DNA of 64,000 nucleotides from Macrostomum lignano (Eukaryota): NCBI GenBank assembly GCA_002269645.1, contig NIVC01003041.1, positions 8,669 to 72,668 of the forward strand, read 5' to 3'. Shown piece by piece: positions 58,601 to 64,000 of this stretch (position 1 is its first letter; each line of letters starts with the position of its first letter). The notes under the pieces were generated by a model. It saw only the letters and a program-made list of their open reading frames with translations, ran no database searches and was not told where the DNA came from. The position numbers and the translations under genes were made by a program.

Positions 58601-61600
58601 TGTTAACCAACAATCGGAAAACGAATAGCAACAGTGGGTCCACTCCTAGGGCCCACAAAAGGAGGGGTGAGGTCATATTACAATGATTGGCCGCACAGGT
58701 TGGTATTCACGAAAAAAAATACTGGCACGCATTCAAAAATAAAAATTATTAAAATATAATTATTAAACGGTGGCAACCCCACTGCCACAGACTGAATTTC
58801 AATTCTGATAAAGATTGCATCACAACAAGTTAAAAACAGTGCCAAAGAAATTCACACATGACCTGATTTAAATTGCATAACTAGGCCTAACTTGAATTGA
58901 GACTAATATTGGCTGACTGAGAAATTGATTATGTCATAACTTATCCATCCAATATACTAAAAATCAAATCAAAATCCTATATACTAAAAATGAGTTGTCT
59001 GTATGTATGTATGTATGTATGTATATGGGTATGCAATTGATTTCAGAAAAATTGGCTCAACCGATTTTTTTCAAACTTGCACCATTCGATCAGAAATTTT
59101 CCTGGGACGGTACATGCATCTTGGCTAAGAAATTGCTCAATGTTAAAGGGATTAAATATTCGAAAAACATGCTTTTTTGCAAAGGTCAAGAAAATTTTTT
59201 GACTTGAAATGCATTGTAAGAATGCTAGAGAAAAAACTGACTGGCTGAATTTCAATTCTGATAAAGATTGCATCACAACAAGGTGAAAACAGTGCCACAG
59301 AAACGCACACAAGACTTGATTAAAATTGTGTAACAATATTGCTAACTTAAATTAAGACTGATACTGGCTGACTGAGAAATTGATTATGTCATAAATTTTT
59401 ACTCTAACCGACTTGCTGTAAGAATTGAATTATAAGGGCCACAATTCATGTGCTCCAATTGAAAAAAGATAGCCTAGATGCGAACAGACTGGACTACTAA
59501 TGTAGCGACCTGGGTTCGAATCTTGGTAGCGCAAAATGATTTTTTTATTAAAACACCTTAAAAACAAAAAACTGCTAAACATAAAAGAAGCACCATGTCA
59601 AACATTAAAGAGCCACCATGTCAAACATAAAAGAGCCACCATTTCGAACAAAAAAAAGAGTTACCATTAAGAACATTAAAGAGCCACCATGTCGAACATT
59701 AAAAAGCCATCATGTCAAACATAAAACAGACACCATAAAGAACATAAAAGAGCCACCATGTCAAAACATTAAAGAGCCACCATGTCAAACATAAAACAGA
59801 CACCATAAAGAACATTAAAGAGCCACCATGTCGAACATAAAAGAACTACAATGTCAAACATTAAAGAGCCACCATGTCGAACATTAAAGAGCCACCATGT
59901 CAAACATAAAACAGACACCAATAAAAACATTAAAGAGCCACCATGTCGAACATTAAAGAGCCATCATGTCAAACATAAAACAGCCACCATGTCAAACATT
60001 AAAGAGCCACCATGTAAAACATTAAAGAGCCACTATGTCGAACATAAAAGAGGTACCATGTCAAACATTGAAGAGCCACCATGTCGAACATAAAAGAGCC
60101 ACCATGTCGAACATAAAAGAGCCACCATGTCAACCATAAAAGAACCACCACGTCAAGCATATACATTACTCCATGCCAAACATTAAAGAGCCACCATGCC
60201 AAACATTAAAGAGCCAGCATGTCAACCATAAAAGAGCCACCATGTCAAACATTATTGAGCCACCATGTCAGACATTAAAGAGCCACCATGCCAAACATAA
60301 AAGAGCCACCATGTCGAACATAAAAGAGCCACCATGTCAAACATAAAAGAGCCACCATGTCGAACATTATTGAGCCACCATGTCGAACATAAAAGAGCCA
60401 CCATGCCAAACATAAAAGAGCCGCCATGTCAAACATAAAAAAGCCACCATGTCAACCATAAAAGAACCACCACGTCAAGCATATACATTACTCCATGTCA
60501 AACATTAAAGAGCCACCATGTCAAACATAAAAGAGCCACCATATCAAACATTAAAGAGCCACAATGTCAAAAATTAAAGAGCCACCATGTCGAAGATTAA
60601 AGTGCTACCATGTCAAACATAGAAGAGCCACCATGTCAAACATTAAAGAGCCACAATGTCAAACACAAAAGAGCCACCATGTCAAACATAGAAGAGACAC
60701 CATGTCGAACAACTGAGCCATCATGTCAAACATAACAGAGACACCATGTCAAACATTAAAGAGCCACCATGTCAAACATTAAAGAACCACGATGTCAATC
60801 ATTAAAGAGCCACTATGTCAAACATATACGTGACTCCATGTCAAACATTAAAGAGCTACCATGTCAAACATAGAAGAGCCACCATGTCAAACATAGAAGA
60901 GACACCATGTGTTCATGTCAAACATAGAAGAGCCACCATGTCAAACATAAAAAGAAGTGTCATGCCAAACAAAATGGAGCCACTATAAAGCTAAGGAAAT
61001 TATTGCACTAGCTACTTGATGTCTGGTGGATGCTTGCTATTTAAGGATGGATACTTGCTATCAGGGGGATGCTTGCTATCTGAGTGATGCTTGCTATTGG
61101 GGGAGGGATGCTTGCTATCGGAAGAATGCTTGCTATCTGGGGTAACTTGCTATTGGGGGATGCTTGCTCTTGGGGAGTGGAGGGTACTTGCTATCTGAGA
61201 GGGGGTTGCTAGCTATCTATAAGGATTCTTTGTATCCAGGGATGCTTGCTATCTGGCGGATGGTTGCATGCTGTCTGGGGATGCTTGCATGCTGTCTGGG
61301 GATGCTTGCTATCTGGGCGATTCTTGCTATCTGGGAGATGCTTGCTATCTGGGGGATGCTTGCATGCTGTCTGGGGATGCTTGCTATCTGGGGATTCTTG
61401 CTATCTGGGGGATGCTTGAGTGCTGTCTGGGGATGCTTGCTATATCTGGGGATTCGTGCTATCTGGGAGATGCTTGCATGCTGTCTGGGGATGCTTGCTA
61501 TCTGGGGATGCTTGCTATCTGGAAGATGCTTGCATGCTGTCTGGGGATGCTTGCTATCTGGGGGATTCTTGCTATTTGGGGATGCTTGCTATCTGGGAGA

Positions 61601-61763
61601 TGCTTGCATGCTATCTGGGAGATGCTTGCATGCTGTCTGGGGATGTTTTCTTTACAGATGGAATGTCTGTTGTCTTTGTGAAAGCTTTATTTCGCTGTAT
61701 TTTTGTTACTTTTAGAGAACAGATATTCTATTTAGATGTCCCCCATCGGGGGGCGAAGATTGC

Positions 61764-63290
61764 TTATATACTAAAAATGAAATGTCTGTGTGTATGTGTG
61801 AGATAGATTCCAGAAAAAACGCTCAATCGATTTTCTTTCAAACTTGCACCATTCAATCAGAAATTTTTCCTGGGACGGTACATGCATCTTGGCTAAGAAA
61901 TTGCTCAATGTTAAAGGATTAAATATTCGAAAAACATGCTTTTTTGCAAAGCTCAAGAAAATTTTTTTGACTTGAAATGCATTGTAAGAATGCTAGAGAA
62001 AAACCTGAATGACTGAATTTCAATTCTGATAAAGATTGCATCACAATCACAACAAGTTGAAAACAGTGTCGAAGAAATGCACACACGACTTGATTTAAAT
62101 TGCGTAACCAATATTGCTAACAACACTGATACTGGCTGACTGAGAAATTGATTATGTCATAACTTTTTACTTTAATTGACCTGTAAGAATTGAATTATAA
62201 GACCACAATTCATGTACTCCAATTGAAAAGAGATAGCCTAGATACGAACAGACTGGACTGCCAACGTAGCGACCTGGGTTTGAATCTTAGTAGTGCAAAA
62301 TTTTTTATTAAAAAACCTTGAAAACACGAAACTGCTAAACATAAAAAAGCACAATGTCAAACATAAAAGAGGCACCATGTCAAACATTACATGGGCACCA
62401 TGTAAAACATATACGTGACTCTATGTCAAACATTAAAGAGCCACCATGTAAAACATAAAAGAGTCACCATTTTGAACATTAAAGAGCCACCACATCAAAC
62501 ATTAAAGTGCCACCATGTCAAACATAAAAGAGCCATACCATGAAGAACATTAAAAAGCAACCATATCGAAGATAAAAGAGCCACCATGTCAAACATACAA
62601 GAGTCACCATGTCAACATGTCAAATATTAAAAAGCAACCATATTGAACATTAAAGAACCACCATGTCAAACATACAAGAGTCACCATGTCAAACATTAAA
62701 GAGCCACCATGTAAAACACAAAAGAGCCACCATGTAAAACATAATCATGACTCTGTGTCAAACAATAAAGAGCCACTATGTTGAACAATAAAGAGCCACC
62801 ATGTCAAACATTAAAGAGCCACCATGTCGAACATAAAAGAGCCACCATGTCAAACATTTAGGAGCCACCATGTCAAACATTTAAGAGCCACCATATCAAA
62901 CATTTAAGAGCCACCATGTCAAACATATGTGACTTTATGTCAAACAATAAAAAGCCACCATTTCGAACATAAAAGAGCTATACCATGAAGAACATTAAAA
63001 AGCCACCATGTCGAACATTAAAGAGTCCCATGTCGAACATAAAAGAGCCATCATGTAGAATATTAAAGAGCCACCATGAATAACATTAAAGAGTCCCCCA
63101 TGTCGAACATAAAAGAGCCATCATGTAGAATATTAAAGAGCCACCATGAAGAACATTAAAGAGTCCCCATGTCGAACATAAAAGAGCCATCATGTAGAAC
63201 ATTAAAGAGCCACCATGTCAAACATTTAGGAGCACCATGTCAAACATTTAAGAGCCACCATATCAAACATTTAAGAGCCACCATGTCTAG
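61764..63290 (+). mobile_element. Helitron D (3' end not seen) with tRNA-like cassette and 22-23-bp minisatellite
   Basis: TATATACTAAAAATGAAATG head. Its first 200 nt also appear at 48181-48380, where the duplication junction cuts it. Array at ~62340-63290. Confidence 0.65.
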
Positions 63291-63365
63291 CTTCATGTAT
63301 AGCTTCATTTACATCATGTATAGCTTCTATATCTGCCGGTCCCGCCTTCCGCAGCTCCGCCCGCA

Positions 63366-63870
63366 ATGCCGGCACGAAAGTCGCCGCTAATCGCCTGCGA
63401 GGACTGCGGCAAGCAGTTCAGGAGCCACTACATCCTCATCCTGCACGCCCGCTACCACCGCAAGGAGAGCAACTACATCTTTCAGCGGCATACGGCGGCG
63501 GCTGCCAGCCTGAGGCCGACGACGCCGCCGCTGATTCCCAGCCGCGGTGCCTGGACGAGCCCGACGAGCCGCTGCCTTCGGCCGCCAGCCCGCCGGCCGA
63601 GCTCGGCCAGATGTCGCCGCCGCACCTGCCGAACCCGGAGCTCCCCGGCCCGCCCTTGTAGAGGAGGATGAGGAGGAGGGGATGGTCGGGGACGATGATG
63701 ACGGCGACTTCTCCGTCCAGGAGGCTGGCGGCGCGGCTCGCCGGCGCGCGCCTCGGCCTGGCGTCGAAGAGGCCGACTTTGACGACGAAGAGGAGTACGA
63801 GATGGAGAGCGCCGAGAGCTGGAGTGCGAGATTTGCGATGCCAGGTTCCACCAGGTGTGCTTCTGGCTAA
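63366..63870 (+). CDS. C2H2 zinc-finger protein with acidic tail, at least two frameshifts (error or pseudogene)
   Basis: CEDCGKQFRSHYILILHARYH is C-x2-C-x12-H-x3-H. GC-rich coding-like sequence continues in other frames (EADDAAADSQPRCLDEP..., VEEDEEEGMVGDDDDGDF...). Confidence 0.6.
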
Positions 63871-64000
63871 TCAGGGAGCCTTGCTTCGATGTGTTCGCCA
63901 GTGTGCATCTAGCAGATGCCCCCAGTCCATCTAGCAGATCCCTCAGTTCCATTTAGCAGATTACAGTCCCATCTAGCAGATACCCAGTCTCAATGTCAAT

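Larger units (their letters stand above)
48381..61963 (+). repeat. 13.58-kb tandem segmental duplication, unit 2
   Basis: Junction caagaaaatt|gcaatttcccc joins a Helitron body to sequence from 34799. The unbroken Helitron continues after 61963. Confidence 0.95.

Overview
Eukaryotic (metazoan) genomic DNA, not prokaryotic. It has GT-AG introns, very GC-rich Ala-rich exons, AT-rich spacers, TTAGGG tracts and a different minisatellite in most of the longer introns. This overall style suggests a free-living flatworm such as Macrostomum (inference only). The first ~36 kb is gene-dense. It holds WDR90 (+), an intronless DH-domain RhoGEF (+), a tail-to-tail pair of small secreted inhibitor-cystine-knot (knottin) genes that the ORF track shows only as unspliced frames, an EF-hand protein with a long Asp-Ala repeat (+), a PM20D1-like M20 peptidase (-, 8 exons), an intronless RING + beta-propeller protein (-), a coiled-coil CAP-Gly protein (+) and an orphan gene behind a perfect RFX X-box (+). 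Positions 34799-61963 are a near-identical 13.58-kb tandem duplication. Each unit carries the orphan CDS, a Merlin/IS1595-type remnant, a hAT-like MITE with a long CT-rich core, and a head-to-tail chain of non-autonomous Helitrons containing minisatellites, a tRNA-like cassette, telomeric repeats and a solo LTR. A frameshifted C2H2 zinc-finger gene lies at the right edge. Several 1-bp frameshifts sit in homopolymers and are probably sequencing errors. The most novel-looking item is the knottin pair, which shares a 7-Cys framework.
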